Source of the DNA: an uncultured Acidobacteriota bacterium
GTDB lineage: Bacteria > Acidobacteriota > Blastocatellia > RBC074
Assembly: GCA_963796275.1 (NCBI GenBank)
Contig: CAWCKY010000003.1
Span: 672,001 to 736,000 of the forward strand
Direction of reading: 5' to 3'
DNA: 64,000 nt
Made by a program: the position numbers and the translations under genes. This document shows, piece after piece, positions 35,228 through 46,573 of this stretch. Under the pieces are notes generated by a model. That model did not search any database. It saw only the letters and a list, made by a program, of their open reading frames with translations, and had not been told where the DNA came from. Position 1 is the first letter of the stretch, and each line of letters opens with the position of its first letter.

Positions 35228-35306
35228 GCGTATGGAGTTCCGCGTTTACGCGGTCTTTTTCTTTTCGCATGATTTCCCGGCCGCCTGAATGCGGAACTCC
35301 ATACGC
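35228..35306. repeat. REP-like palindrome (family also at 23125-23190)
   Basis: gcgtatggagttccgcgtttacgcgg ... ccgcctgaatgcggaactccatacgc. Confidence 0.75.
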
Positions 35307-35442
35307 GATTTTTACTATGCGGGCCCGGACTGTCTGCGGAGAAATTTTCTGCGCACACATACTATTCTCTGCGTATTCGCGTCTTGCGGCGAACCGGGAA
35401 TTTCATATTCAACACAGAGCAGCTCGACCGCAGGTCTGATTT

Positions 35443-37203
35443 ATGAATTTATCCGGTTACCAGCTGATCACAGAGACTGATGACATCCCACGAGTGGCCG
35501 AAGCGCTGATCGCCGAGCCTGCGATCGCCGTCGATACCGAGACCACGGGCCTTGACCCGCACACCTCGAAACTGCGACTGATTCAGCTCGCGACGCCCCG
35601 AGCGAGTTTCATCGTCGATCTATTTCGTCTGCCCACCGGCGCGCTATCGCCTATTCTCGATTGTCTGGCAGCGCCGCGACCGATCAAGGTCCTTCACAAT
35701 GCTAAGTTCGATGCCAAGTTTTTGCTCAGGCACTGCGGAATAAGGTTGAACGCCATCTTCGACACATACCTGGCCAGCATGCTCATCAGCGCCGGTAATG
35801 ATAATGACCGCCACGGGCTGGAGCCTGTTGCCAATCGCTATCTCAACCTGCAGATCGACAAGGAGCACCAATTGAGCGATTGGTCCAGGGAATTGAGCGG
35901 GCACCAGCTGGAGTATGCCGCTCGGGATGCCGCGGTTCTTCTGCCGCTGCGCGAGCGGCTCCTGTCGAAACTCGAAGAGATGGATTTGCTCGTCGCGGCC
36001 GATCTCGAATTCGGCTGTGTGCTGTCGATCGCCGCGTTGGAGCTGGCGGGCATCTATCTCGACGTCGACCGCTGGCGCGCATTGATAGAGCGGAACCGCA
36101 TCGAACACCATCGAATTGCGGAAACGCTGCAGGACGAACTGGGGATGGGTGCTGCGCAGTTGAGCCTTTTCGACGGCACTGCGGAGCGGATCAATCTTGA
36201 CAGCCCCGCTCAGGTGAAATATGCGCTGGCGCGCCTCGGCATCGATGTCGAGGACACTCGTGAATGGACGTTGCAGAAACTCTCACGTAATCACCCCGTC
36301 CTCGATAGACTACTCAAACACCGCAGCCTCAGCAAAAACCTTTCGTCTTATGGAGAAGGCGTCCTCGACTACATCAATTCCGCCACCGGGCGCATCCATG
36401 CGGATTTTCGCCAGATTGGAACTCCGACCGGGCGCATTACGACCTCATCGCCCAGCCTGCAACAAATCCCCCACACGATGGAATATCGCTCTTGCTTCCG
36501 CGCGCCTCTCGGAAGAAAGCTGATCGTCGCCGACTATTCGCAGGTGGAGATGCGGATACTTGCTGATTTTTCGGGAGACGATGCCTTATTGGCCGCTTTC
36601 GATTCCGGCGCCGATCTGCACCGGATAACGGCGTCGGAGATGTTCGGCATCCCGATCGACCAGGTCACTCCGCGGCAGCGGGAAAGCGCGAAAGGCTTGA
36701 ACTACGGGTTGGTTTACGGGATGGGGGCTGAAGGACTGGCGGGCAGGATCGAGACGAGCGTGAATGAAGCACAGGATTTGATCGATCGTTACTTCAACGC
36801 TTATGCAGGCGTCGCGCGCTGGTTGACTGAGGCCGCTGAGCGCGCGGTGCGACAGGGGGCGAGCCGCACGGCCTCGGGGAGAATATGGATTTACCGGTTA
36901 GACCCGGAAGACCGCCAGCAGTTCAATGCGCTCAAGCGAGTCGGTAAGAATGCTCCGATCCAGGGCACGGCATCCGATATTTTTAAACGCGCCATGACGC
37001 TTCTCGATGAGGCCCTCTTGAGAATAGATGCGCGAATAGTCAACAGCATCCACGATGAGCTCGTCGTCGAATGCGACGAGTCGATTGCCGAAGAGGTGAA
37101 AGAGATAGTCGTATGTAAGATGATCGAGGGGGCCAAGGAATTTTTGCCGCGCGTCGCCGTTACCGTCGAGGGGGTGATTTCGGATGCGTGGCTCAAGAAA
37201 TAA
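35443..37203 (+). CDS. Family A DNA polymerase with 3'-5' exonuclease and no 5'-3' nuclease domain
   Basis: Exo motifs DTET, HNAKFD, YAARD; polymerase motifs DYSQVEMR, R..AK..NYG..YG, HDE; 586 aa. Confidence 0.93.
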   Translation: MNLSGYQLITETDDIPRVAEALIAEPAIAVDTETTGLDPHTSKLRLIQLATPRASFIVDLFRLPTGALSPILDCLAAPRPIKVLHNAKFDAKFLLRHCGIRLNAIFDTYLASMLISAGNDNDRHGLEPVANRYLNLQIDKEHQLSDWSRELSGHQLEYAARDAAVLLPLRERLLSKLEEMDLLVAADLEFGCVLSIAALELAGIYLDVDRWRALIERNRIEHHRIAETLQDELGMGAAQLSLFDGTAERINLDSPAQVKYALARLGIDVEDTREWTLQKLSRNHPVLDRLLKHRSLSKNLSSYGEGVLDYINSATGRIHADFRQIGTPTGRITTSSPSLQQIPHTMEYRSCFRAPLGRKLIVADYSQVEMRILADFSGDDALLAAFDSGADLHRITASEMFGIPIDQVTPRQRESAKGLNYGLVYGMGAEGLAGRIETSVNEAQDLIDRYFNAYAGVARWLTEAAERAVRQGASRTASGRIWIYRLDPEDRQQFNALKRVGKNAPIQGTASDIFKRAMTLLDEALLRIDARIVNSIHDELVVECDESIAEEVKEIVVCKMIEGAKEFLPRVAVTVEGVISDAWLKK

Positions 37204-37302
37204 ATAGTCCGGAGTCCGCATTTGGCAAGTGAGACTGACCCCAGACTCCACATCTCGACTCCACATAGAGACTCCCGGCTATAACTCCCAGGATTAGCGG
37301 TT

Positions 37303-39099
37303 ATGAAATGGCTGGCAGTCGTCGCCGTTCTACTGATGCTTCTTTTGTCGCTCATTCCGCAGGCGGATCTCTGCCGGCGTGTCGGAGATGAATGGCATGG
37401 CGCTTACGCTTATGCGCATTACGACGAGGATATTTATGCCGCCTATCTCAACGGCCTGATACTCGGGCGAGGCAGGCGTAGCGACCCACTGGTCGAACCG
37501 CAAGACGTGCCGCCTGAGTCATTCTTCTCTATTCAGTTCGTAACTCCAGCCATTCTCACGGCAGTCGCGCGCACCACAGGGCTGAGCGCGGCACAGATTT
37601 TTATCGTATTCCCACCGCTATTGGCCTCGTTGGCCGCCTTCCTGCTCTTTCACCTGCTGGTTACTCTAACTTCTGATGAGCGACTTTCCTGCTGCGGAAC
37701 GCTCCTCGTCTTATGTTTCGGTGCGGCGGCAGGGCGGGACGGCAAAATTGCTGCGCTGCTGCACGGAGAGGTATATTACGCGGGATTTCCATTTCTGCGA
37801 CGTTACCAGCCCGGATTTTCATTTATTCTATTTTTTCTGTTTGTACTCTTCGTGTATCTGGCATTTACCCGGTGGGATCGACGGCGGGGGCTGCCGGCGG
37901 CGATCATCGCAGCTTTAACTTTTGCGTTAATGCTCTTTACTTATTTCTTTCTCTGGACAGCCGCACTGGCATGGCTCTTTATCGTCGTCGCGCTTTGGTT
38001 CATCGCTCGTCCATCGGAAAGAAGGCGGGTTGCCGGGAGACTGCTGCCACTGGCGATTATCGGGGGCGGGGCGCTTGCCGTGTATGGGTACGTGCTGGCT
38101 GGGATGGCTGAAAACACCAGTTCAGTTCAATTCCTGGAACATACGCGTGCGCCCGATCTATGGCGCGGTCCCGAACTCATCGGGGCAGTCGTGTTGGTTG
38201 TGGTGATAATGACAGTCAGACGGCAAAAGGCTTCCTGGGATGACCCGCTGATACTTCTGACATTGTCGTTTGCCATAGTTCCGTTCGGCGTTTTCAATCA
38301 GCAGCTCCTGACCGGGCTTTCGCTTCAGCCATTTCACTACGAAATTTTTATCTTGAATTACGTCGTGCTCCTGGCCGCCGTATTGACGTTTGCTATTCAG
38401 CGCCGCTTCACGCTGATTGCCAGCGGGTCGCTGTCGATGCCGGCCTTTATAGCGCTATGTTTCATAAGCGTCTATTGGGGGCTAACGGAGATGAGATATA
38501 ACGCGTTTCGTGAGCGCGATCGTAATCTGGCGCGCAATGGATTCGTTCCCGTGGCGAAGCGATTGAAAGAGCTGTCTTCCCACAACCAGGGAGAGCGAGA
38601 GGTCGTATATTCGCCCGATACATATGTGGTGGCCGATAACACGGCCGGCTATGCGCCTCAATCGCCTCTCTGGGCGACTCATATGATTGTTATCCCGTCG
38701 CTGGGCGAACAACAGCGGCAGAACAGATTTTTTCATTATCTCTATTACAGCGGTATCGCTCCCGTTCAATTGGAGCAACGGCTGAGGAATCAGGGGTTCA
38801 TTGAAACGAGCGCCCTCTTCGGTTACGAGCGATTTGCGCGGCATCTGGTATCGCAATTCAAACCTTCGACCAGTGATGAGGTTGGTAGAAAAGTCAGGGA
38901 GTACTCTGACTTTGTGAACGCCTTCGATGCTTCCCAGGCAGCGCGGCCCAGGCTCTCGTACGCCATCGTCAGATCTGATTCTCAGTTCGATTTTTCCCGT
39001 TTGGATCGCTGGTACGAAAGAGAACAGACAGAGGAAATCGGCGAATATCAACTGATTCGCCTGCGATTGCGGGCCCGTTCTACCGCGGGTTTCAAGTGA
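37303..39099 (+). CDS. Polytopic membrane protein, possibly a GT-C glycosyltransferase
   Basis: Many TM segments; DE motif in the first periplasmic loop (YDEDIY); soluble C-terminal domain. Confidence 0.55.
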   Translation: MKWLAVVAVLLMLLLSLIPQADLCRRVGDEWHGAYAYAHYDEDIYAAYLNGLILGRGRRSDPLVEPQDVPPESFFSIQFVTPAILTAVARTTGLSAAQIFIVFPPLLASLAAFLLFHLLVTLTSDERLSCCGTLLVLCFGAAAGRDGKIAALLHGEVYYAGFPFLRRYQPGFSFILFFLFVLFVYLAFTRWDRRRGLPAAIIAALTFALMLFTYFFLWTAALAWLFIVVALWFIARPSERRRVAGRLLPLAIIGGGALAVYGYVLAGMAENTSSVQFLEHTRAPDLWRGPELIGAVVLVVVIMTVRRQKASWDDPLILLTLSFAIVPFGVFNQQLLTGLSLQPFHYEIFILNYVVLLAAVLTFAIQRRFTLIASGSLSMPAFIALCFISVYWGLTEMRYNAFRERDRNLARNGFVPVAKRLKELSSHNQGEREVVYSPDTYVVADNTAGYAPQSPLWATHMIVIPSLGEQQRQNRFFHYLYYSGIAPVQLEQRLRNQGFIETSALFGYERFARHLVSQFKPSTSDEVGRKVREYSDFVNAFDASQAARPRLSYAIVRSDSQFDFSRLDRWYEREQTEEIGEYQLIRLRLRARSTAGFK

Positions 39100-39133
39100 T
39101 GATGGAAATTATTTTGGGGCGAGGTATCTTCCT

Positions 39134-40975
39134 TCATTTGCGTTGATAGGCCAGGATGAAGAAAGGCTTATCGCCCAGCCGCGCCCCGGCGCTATAGTCG
39201 GAATCGAACCTTTCGATCAATCGGTAGTTGTTCTCGATCCAGCGCATCAGTCCCGGGTTGTAATCAGTGCCGAATACGACGTCGCGGAATTCAGGTGTGA
39301 GTAGGTTGACCACCAGGATCATCGGCACTCGCTGCGCCTCGAGTCGGCGTATCCCCTCTTCGTCGGACAGAAACCCCGGATGAATTATCTCTTCACGGAA
39401 TGGCTGGCGCCGTCCCGTCAGAAAATTGATGGCCGTAGCCTGTGGCAGCGTCAGTAAGAAGTCATCAGGTCGTGTGCGTTCCTCAACAAATCGTAGCGCC
39501 GCGGCGATCGGTTGGCCGTATGGCGGTTCGGTGATGAAGCTGCCGCGAACCGTTCCCACTCCGTATGTATTACGAGTGCGGAGACGATAGATCGAATTGA
39601 TCCCGACGCCGATGATCATCAAGCCGATTAATGCCATCGCCGCAAGGCGCACATTTTCCCGGACCGGCTTCGATGGTACCAGCATGCGGGGGAATGTCCG
39701 GAAGAGCAGATAGAGGCAGGCGACGATGACTACGGGTAGGAAGAATGGCGCATAGGGTCCGTTTGCCGCTACATTCAGGATGACCCGCAGAGTTGAGATC
39801 AGCGCAAAGACGAAGACGACAAGCAGCATGCCCTCTTCAATCGGGATCTCCTGCTTCTTGCGCCACGCTCGCGCCAATCTCCAGCTTAAGATGATGATGG
39901 CAGCCGCGAGGACGATCGGCATCGATGTTAGCGGCGTAGCATCGATGTGGACGCGGAATATTTCGAGCACAACCTTCCACCAGGCCAGCCCAAGTATTAT
40001 CAGCAGCAATCCGCGACCGGTGGCGACGCGCCATCCGTCGTGCTTGCGGTATGAAATCAATCCGCCGATCAATGCGCTCAAGCCTATCCACACGGCAAAA
40101 ACTCCCAGCCCGGTTGCGGTGTACCAGAGAGATTTAGGCCACTCGGAGAGCCCGCTGATGAATCGGTTGAAATAGATCAACTGAGGGGGCATGTTTGAGA
40201 ACAGGATGTGGTTATCTTCTATCAGAGTACGCCAGGGCACGCGCGTCAGAATGAAACCATAGACGGCAGCGACGATCGCGATGACAGGCAGCGCAAAGAA
40301 TACCGCGTCTCGCCAGAGAATCCGGCGCTCCGAGATGCTGCGGATGGTAATCGCGATAGCGGCTGCCGCGAGCGCGGCCAGAGCGGTCTCGGGTTTGGTG
40401 ATTACCGCGAAACCTGCACACGCGCCCGCGCCGATCAGCCGGGACAGGCGTTTGTCGCGGAGATAGCTGGTTGTGCAGACTAGCGATGCGAGGGCGAACA
40501 AAAGCCCGTAGAGCGCGGCATAAGCGTAAGGCGAAATGTAATTCGCGGTGGACTTGATGGCACAGACGACCAGCACCAGTCCGGTTACCAGCATCGCCTG
40601 GTGAGCTTTCATCAATTGGCGCGATAGACGGTATATCATCAATAAAATCAGAACGCCCGAGATGGCTCCGGCTGTTTTCAAGACCGTCTGGTCGATTCCG
40701 AAAACGCGATAGAGAAAAGCGTTGAAATAAGGCGCAAAAGGGCCATAGAGAAATTGGACATCGACATATAGCTGCTCGCCCGCAAGTATGCGAGCGGGAA
40801 GGTTCATCTCTCGCCCGTGATCGACGATCGGTTGCGTCCAGCGCTGCCACGTGCCGATGAGCATGAATGCAAAGAGGGCAGCCAGCGCGAGCAACACCTG
40901 CGCGTCCCGGCGAGTCAGCCCAAGATAATAAACGGAGATGTGGCGGTTCGAGTTGATAGTTGTCGATGATTTCAT
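39134..40975 (-). CDS. GT-C (ArnT/PMT-like) membrane glycosyltransferase
   Basis: DHGRE...GEQLY.D....YGP loop; many TM helices; TKPE motif. Confidence 0.7.
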   Translation of the reverse strand: MKSSTTINSNRHISVYYLGLTRRDAQVLLALAALFAFMLIGTWQRWTQPIVDHGREMNLPARILAGEQLYVDVQFLYGPFAPYFNAFLYRVFGIDQTVLKTAGAISGVLILLMIYRLSRQLMKAHQAMLVTGLVLVVCAIKSTANYISPYAYAALYGLLFALASLVCTTSYLRDKRLSRLIGAGACAGFAVITKPETALAALAAAAIAITIRSISERRILWRDAVFFALPVIAIVAAVYGFILTRVPWRTLIEDNHILFSNMPPQLIYFNRFISGLSEWPKSLWYTATGLGVFAVWIGLSALIGGLISYRKHDGWRVATGRGLLLIILGLAWWKVVLEIFRVHIDATPLTSMPIVLAAAIIILSWRLARAWRKKQEIPIEEGMLLVVFVFALISTLRVILNVAANGPYAPFFLPVVIVACLYLLFRTFPRMLVPSKPVRENVRLAAMALIGLMIIGVGINSIYRLRTRNTYGVGTVRGSFITEPPYGQPIAAALRFVEERTRPDDFLLTLPQATAINFLTGRRQPFREEIIHPGFLSDEEGIRRLEAQRVPMILVVNLLTPEFRDVVFGTDYNPGLMRWIENNYRLIERFDSDYSAGARLGDKPFFILAYQRK

Positions 40976-41126
40976 GGAAAACTATGGAAATTATAACCGG
41001 AAAAGCCTGTAACTTTGCTATAGCTAAGCAGAAGATCGAAAGACCCGGTTGACATTCGAGCCCGCCCGCAGGCATTATCGCAGACTGACCACAGCAGCCA
41101 AAAATCGCTGCCAGGGCATTAAAGCT

Positions 41127-41831
41127 ATGATACAAGACAGTCTCACTTTGAGAGTGACTCTCAGTAAACTGGCGGAACTCGACCGCTACAATCACTGGGT
41201 TTATGAACAGATCGCCGAAGCTCTGGGCGATCGGATTCTCGAGGTAGGTTCCGGGACTGGAAACATCACTCAGTTCATCTGCGCCAATGGCGGTAATGTC
41301 ACGGCCACCGATGTCGTCCCCGGTTTTCGTAATATTCTGCAAAGTTCGTTTGGCGAAATGCCTAACGTTGATATCGGCAATTTTGACCTGACGGCGAAAG
41401 CGCCGGAAGAGTTCATCAACCGCGCATTCGATACCGTCGTCTGTCTCAACGTGCTGGAGCACATCGAAGACGACCACTTCGCCCTGCAGCAGATGCGGGA
41501 GGTGTTGATATACGGCGGCAGGCTCGCTCTGCTGGTGCCGGCGCATCGGGTTCTGTATGGTGACTTCGACCGGGCCGTCGGCCATTACCGGCGTTACGAG
41601 AAGACCGAGTTAATAGGAAAACTCAAACGGGCCGGGTTCAACGTACTCAATGTGAAATTTTTCAGTATCGCTGCCGTCTTGCCATGGCTGATCAACGGAC
41701 GGTTGCTCAAGCGAGACTACCTGCCGACAGGTCAGGCGAGCCTCGCGAATCGTCTGGTGCCGCTCTTGAAACTTGAGCGCATGATTGGCCCACCTTTCGG
41801 CTTATCACTGATTGCCATAGGAGAAAAATAA
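41127..41831 (+). CDS. Class I SAM-dependent methyltransferase
   Basis: [27 protein letters not shown]. Confidence 0.88.
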   Translation: MIQDSLTLRVTLSKLAELDRYNHWVYEQIAEALGDRILEVGSGTGNITQFICANGGNVTATDVVPGFRNILQSSFGEMPNVDIGNFDLTAKAPEEFINRAFDTVVCLNVLEHIEDDHFALQQMREVLIYGGRLALLVPAHRVLYGDFDRAVGHYRRYEKTELIGKLKRAGFNVLNVKFFSIAAVLPWLINGRLLKRDYLPTGQASLANRLVPLLKLERMIGPPFGLSLIAIGEK

Positions 41832-42018
41832 AACAGAGAGATAGGAAGTAAGAAGCAGGGGGGCGGGAGTATGAGATTCTTTGGGTTTATAACCGAACGA
41901 GCCTTATTATCTGGCGTTCCGTTTGGTTTTTAAGGCGAATATCTGGAAGCTTAGATTAGCCTTTACCCGGAGATTCTGACTCTTTAATCTTGGGCTTCTT
42001 ACTACGTCATTAAAGAAT

Positions 42019-43803
<1,785 letters not shown>

Positions 43804-43806
43804 TTG

Positions 43807-43834
43807 TTGACTAAAAGACTGAGTATGCTATTCT
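43807..43834 (+). promoter_or_regulatory. Putative sigma70 promoter
   Basis: TTGACT-N16-TATTCT with TG extension; conserved in the paralogous copy at 51871. Confidence 0.5.
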
Positions 43835-44479
43835 GAACGACTGGTTTTTGAGTCTTACAATCGTTATATTTTGAAATAATCATACATAATATTTATTTCT
43901 ATGATTTCTTTATAGATTTTTATAGATATAGATAAGCTCTTTTTCCAACTTATTTCAATTGTCATTTCCGTTTGTAACGACCGGAAAGTTTCGAAATATC
44001 TTGGTTGCCCAGATAGGTATATCTGGACTAAATCTTTTCATCCCCAATGATGGTCTGAAATAAACCCCGAATCGATCATCGCATAGCTGCAACCAGAGCG
44101 AGAGTCAGCACATAGCATACAAATTGCATCTGCGCAGTATATTTGCTTCCCAACCTAGCCCACACTTGGTTGCACCTGATGATAGATGATATGGGGTGTA
44201 GCACAAAATCAGTTCCAGTAAAAATAGCTTGATTAGTATCGACATTATTTAAATGGCGTTTACTTAATGCAATGTAGATTGTTTTTTGCGATTGCAGCAA
44301 CCTATTACTCATTTTAGTCGTTAGTTCGCCTCAGTCAGATTAAGTTAATTCAGCCTGATTACTTACATGTGATCTTGTACGCGAGGGTATGGGTTGTTGT
44401 AGAAAAAATGCGCACGATGTTAGAGCTGGAAGGCAAAATTAACCAGCATAGCAGCCCCACTAGTCGAAAGACCTGAATT

Positions 44480-44899
44480 ATGCGCGAGTTAATGATTGTA
44501 GTGGCAGTCTTTTGGTGGCTGTCTACTTCACAGCAACCCCTGGAGAAGCAGGCACTGGCGATTGCTCAGCGCGTTCCCGTAAACTACCTGGATAATGCGC
44601 TTCCAAGCTCACCTTTCTCATCCTGGTTCGAAAAGCTAGTCGGTCAGAGGTCTGGGGTCATCTGGCAACTCGGTGAATGCGGTCAACCCGTTATCGATCC
44701 GACCCTTGCTTCAACCCAGGACTCGGCAAACGACGCGGCTCGACTTGAGATGGGTGATATTCCCGCCTGCGTGGAGGCCAATGCGGTCTTGCGGGACAGC
44801 CGTAAAGTAGTCGTGATGCTACGTGTTGGGTATTTCAAAAGCGGTATTACAGAGAGCCCGGGTTTCAATTTCGCGATGATTGAGAGAAGGTTCAACTGA
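44480..44899 (+). pseudogene. Truncated copy of the N-terminal domain of the TonB-family protein at 52747
   Basis: Strong similarity (EKQALAIAQRV...WQLGECG...GDIPACVEANAVL...F..AMIE) ending where the MFS ORF begins. Confidence 0.8.
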
Positions 44900-46376
44900 A
44901 AGACGCCAGATCGCGAAGCTCTTCTATGGATGGGTGGTAATTATCCTTGCCGTGTTTGCGGTCGCCGTGACGAACGGGTTATCGATCGGAGGAATTCCTG
45001 TCTTTTATAGCTCTTTCATCAGTGAATTCGGGTGGAATCGAACAACCATAGCAACGGCAGGTGCGGTCCTCCTGTTGGCGCGCGGGATAGCGGGGCCGTT
45101 CACCGGGCCTTTGTGGGACCGATACGGGCCCAAGCGGTTTATGGTGACCGGTGCAGCGGTCATAGGGTTCGCACTGATAATCGGTTCGTCCATCAACGCG
45201 CCGCTGCATCTTTACGCGATGATCTTGTTAATGGCCATTGGGTTGACCTTTGCGGGATTGGGGCCGGGAGCATTTTTAGCTTCGAGCTGGTTCACCGGCA
45301 AGCGTGGAATCGCAATGGGCATCGTCGCCACGGGAACCAGTCTGGGTGGAATGATCTTTTCGCCGATCTCAACATGGCTGATCGCTAGCTACGGTTGGCG
45401 ACAGGCGATGGTTATCTATGCCGTCTTTTCATTCGCCGTCTTCGTCCCTTTGATGTTTTTCTTCATTAAGAACCGGCCGGCCGAGATTGATGCTCAGGCG
45501 GACCCTGATGAATCGGATTGGTTTTTGCGGAATCGAAACCTCATCAAAAGTGGGCTGGCTACCGCGGGCATCGTAGGGACGCTGATATATTCGCCCATCT
45601 CACAACATCTGGCCGTCGGGTTCGGCAAGCAGGGGGCGATCGTCATCTTCGCCGTCCTGGCCAGCATATGTCTGGCGGCTATGTTGAGATTTTTTGTAAA
45701 AAGAGGCGATAGCGCCGCGGTCGATGAAGTAGTGAGCGTGAAGGGTAAAGTTACAGGGGCAACATTGCGTGAAGCGATGGGCAGCGCATCTTATTGGCTG
45801 CTGTTAATCGGGTCCTCGCTCTGTTATTACGTCATCTTCGCCATCGTACAGCAATTCATCCTGCACTTGCAGTCGCCCGAGATCGGGTTCAGCCTGGCCG
45901 GCGCCGCCTGGGCGTATAGCACCTTGTTTTTCTTCAGTCTGGCCGGCAAATCGTTCTTCGGATTTCTGAGCGACCGCTTTTCCAAATGCGCAGTCAACCT
46001 TATCTGCTGCGTGATGATGTTTGCCGGCACGCTGATCCTGCTGAAGATCGATCAGGGTAATACGTGGTTCTTCTGTCTGTTTTTCGGATTGGGTTATGGT
46101 GGGATCACCGTGACTACGAAGCTGGTGCTCGCGGAGCTCTTCGGACTTCGATCATTGGGCAAGCTGCTCGGCATCATGATGGGCGCCGAGACGATCTTCG
46201 GGAGTGGAGGCAATCTGCTGGCAGGCCGGCTGTTCGATGCCACGAGCAGTTATCAAAGCGCGTTCAAGGTGATGGCGATCTGTTCGATCATCTCGGTCAT
46301 CTTGATGGCGCTGTTATATCGTAGTTCTAATGCTTGGTTGTTGAAATCAAGCGGCACGCTTCGCGCTTCATATTGA
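44880..46376 (+). CDS. MFS transporter (MCT/OFA-like)
   Basis: FYGWVV, G.L.DRYGPK, WF..KRG.AMG, G.LSDRF; start uncertain. Confidence 0.9.
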   Translation: MREGSTERRQIAKLFYGWVVIILAVFAVAVTNGLSIGGIPVFYSSFISEFGWNRTTIATAGAVLLLARGIAGPFTGPLWDRYGPKRFMVTGAAVIGFALIIGSSINAPLHLYAMILLMAIGLTFAGLGPGAFLASSWFTGKRGIAMGIVATGTSLGGMIFSPISTWLIASYGWRQAMVIYAVFSFAVFVPLMFFFIKNRPAEIDAQADPDESDWFLRNRNLIKSGLATAGIVGTLIYSPISQHLAVGFGKQGAIVIFAVLASICLAAMLRFFVKRGDSAAVDEVVSVKGKVTGATLREAMGSASYWLLLIGSSLCYYVIFAIVQQFILHLQSPEIGFSLAGAAWAYSTLFFFSLAGKSFFGFLSDRFSKCAVNLICCVMMFAGTLILLKIDQGNTWFFCLFFGLGYGGITVTTKLVLAELFGLRSLGKLLGIMMGAETIFGSGGNLLAGRLFDATSSYQSAFKVMAICSIISVILMALLYRSSNAWLLKSSGTLRASY

Positions 46377-46573
46377 AATTCGTTTTATAACAATAAATGT
46401 GGCTGCTCAGTGGAATCTGACTGAACGGTTACGAAGAAAATTTATATATTCTAGTTGCTGCGGATAAAAATTTACCTATCGGTTTGGCGTATCAATAGGA
46501 GGAGTATCAGTAAATCGGAGTGATGCCTTGATAGCCGATTTTAGGATCGGGGCTTGGAAATAGGAGTGAAATA

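Noticed and set aside
40212-41585. 457-aa minus-strand ORF
   Set aside because: It overlaps the glycosyltransferase in another frame and is antisense to the methyltransferase, with no motifs; a shadow ORF.
44455-44480. agtcgaaagacctg resembling the cobalamin riboswitch B12 box
   Set aside because: The other conserved riboswitch elements are not visible and the paralogous leader does not keep the motif; an Rfam scan would settle it.
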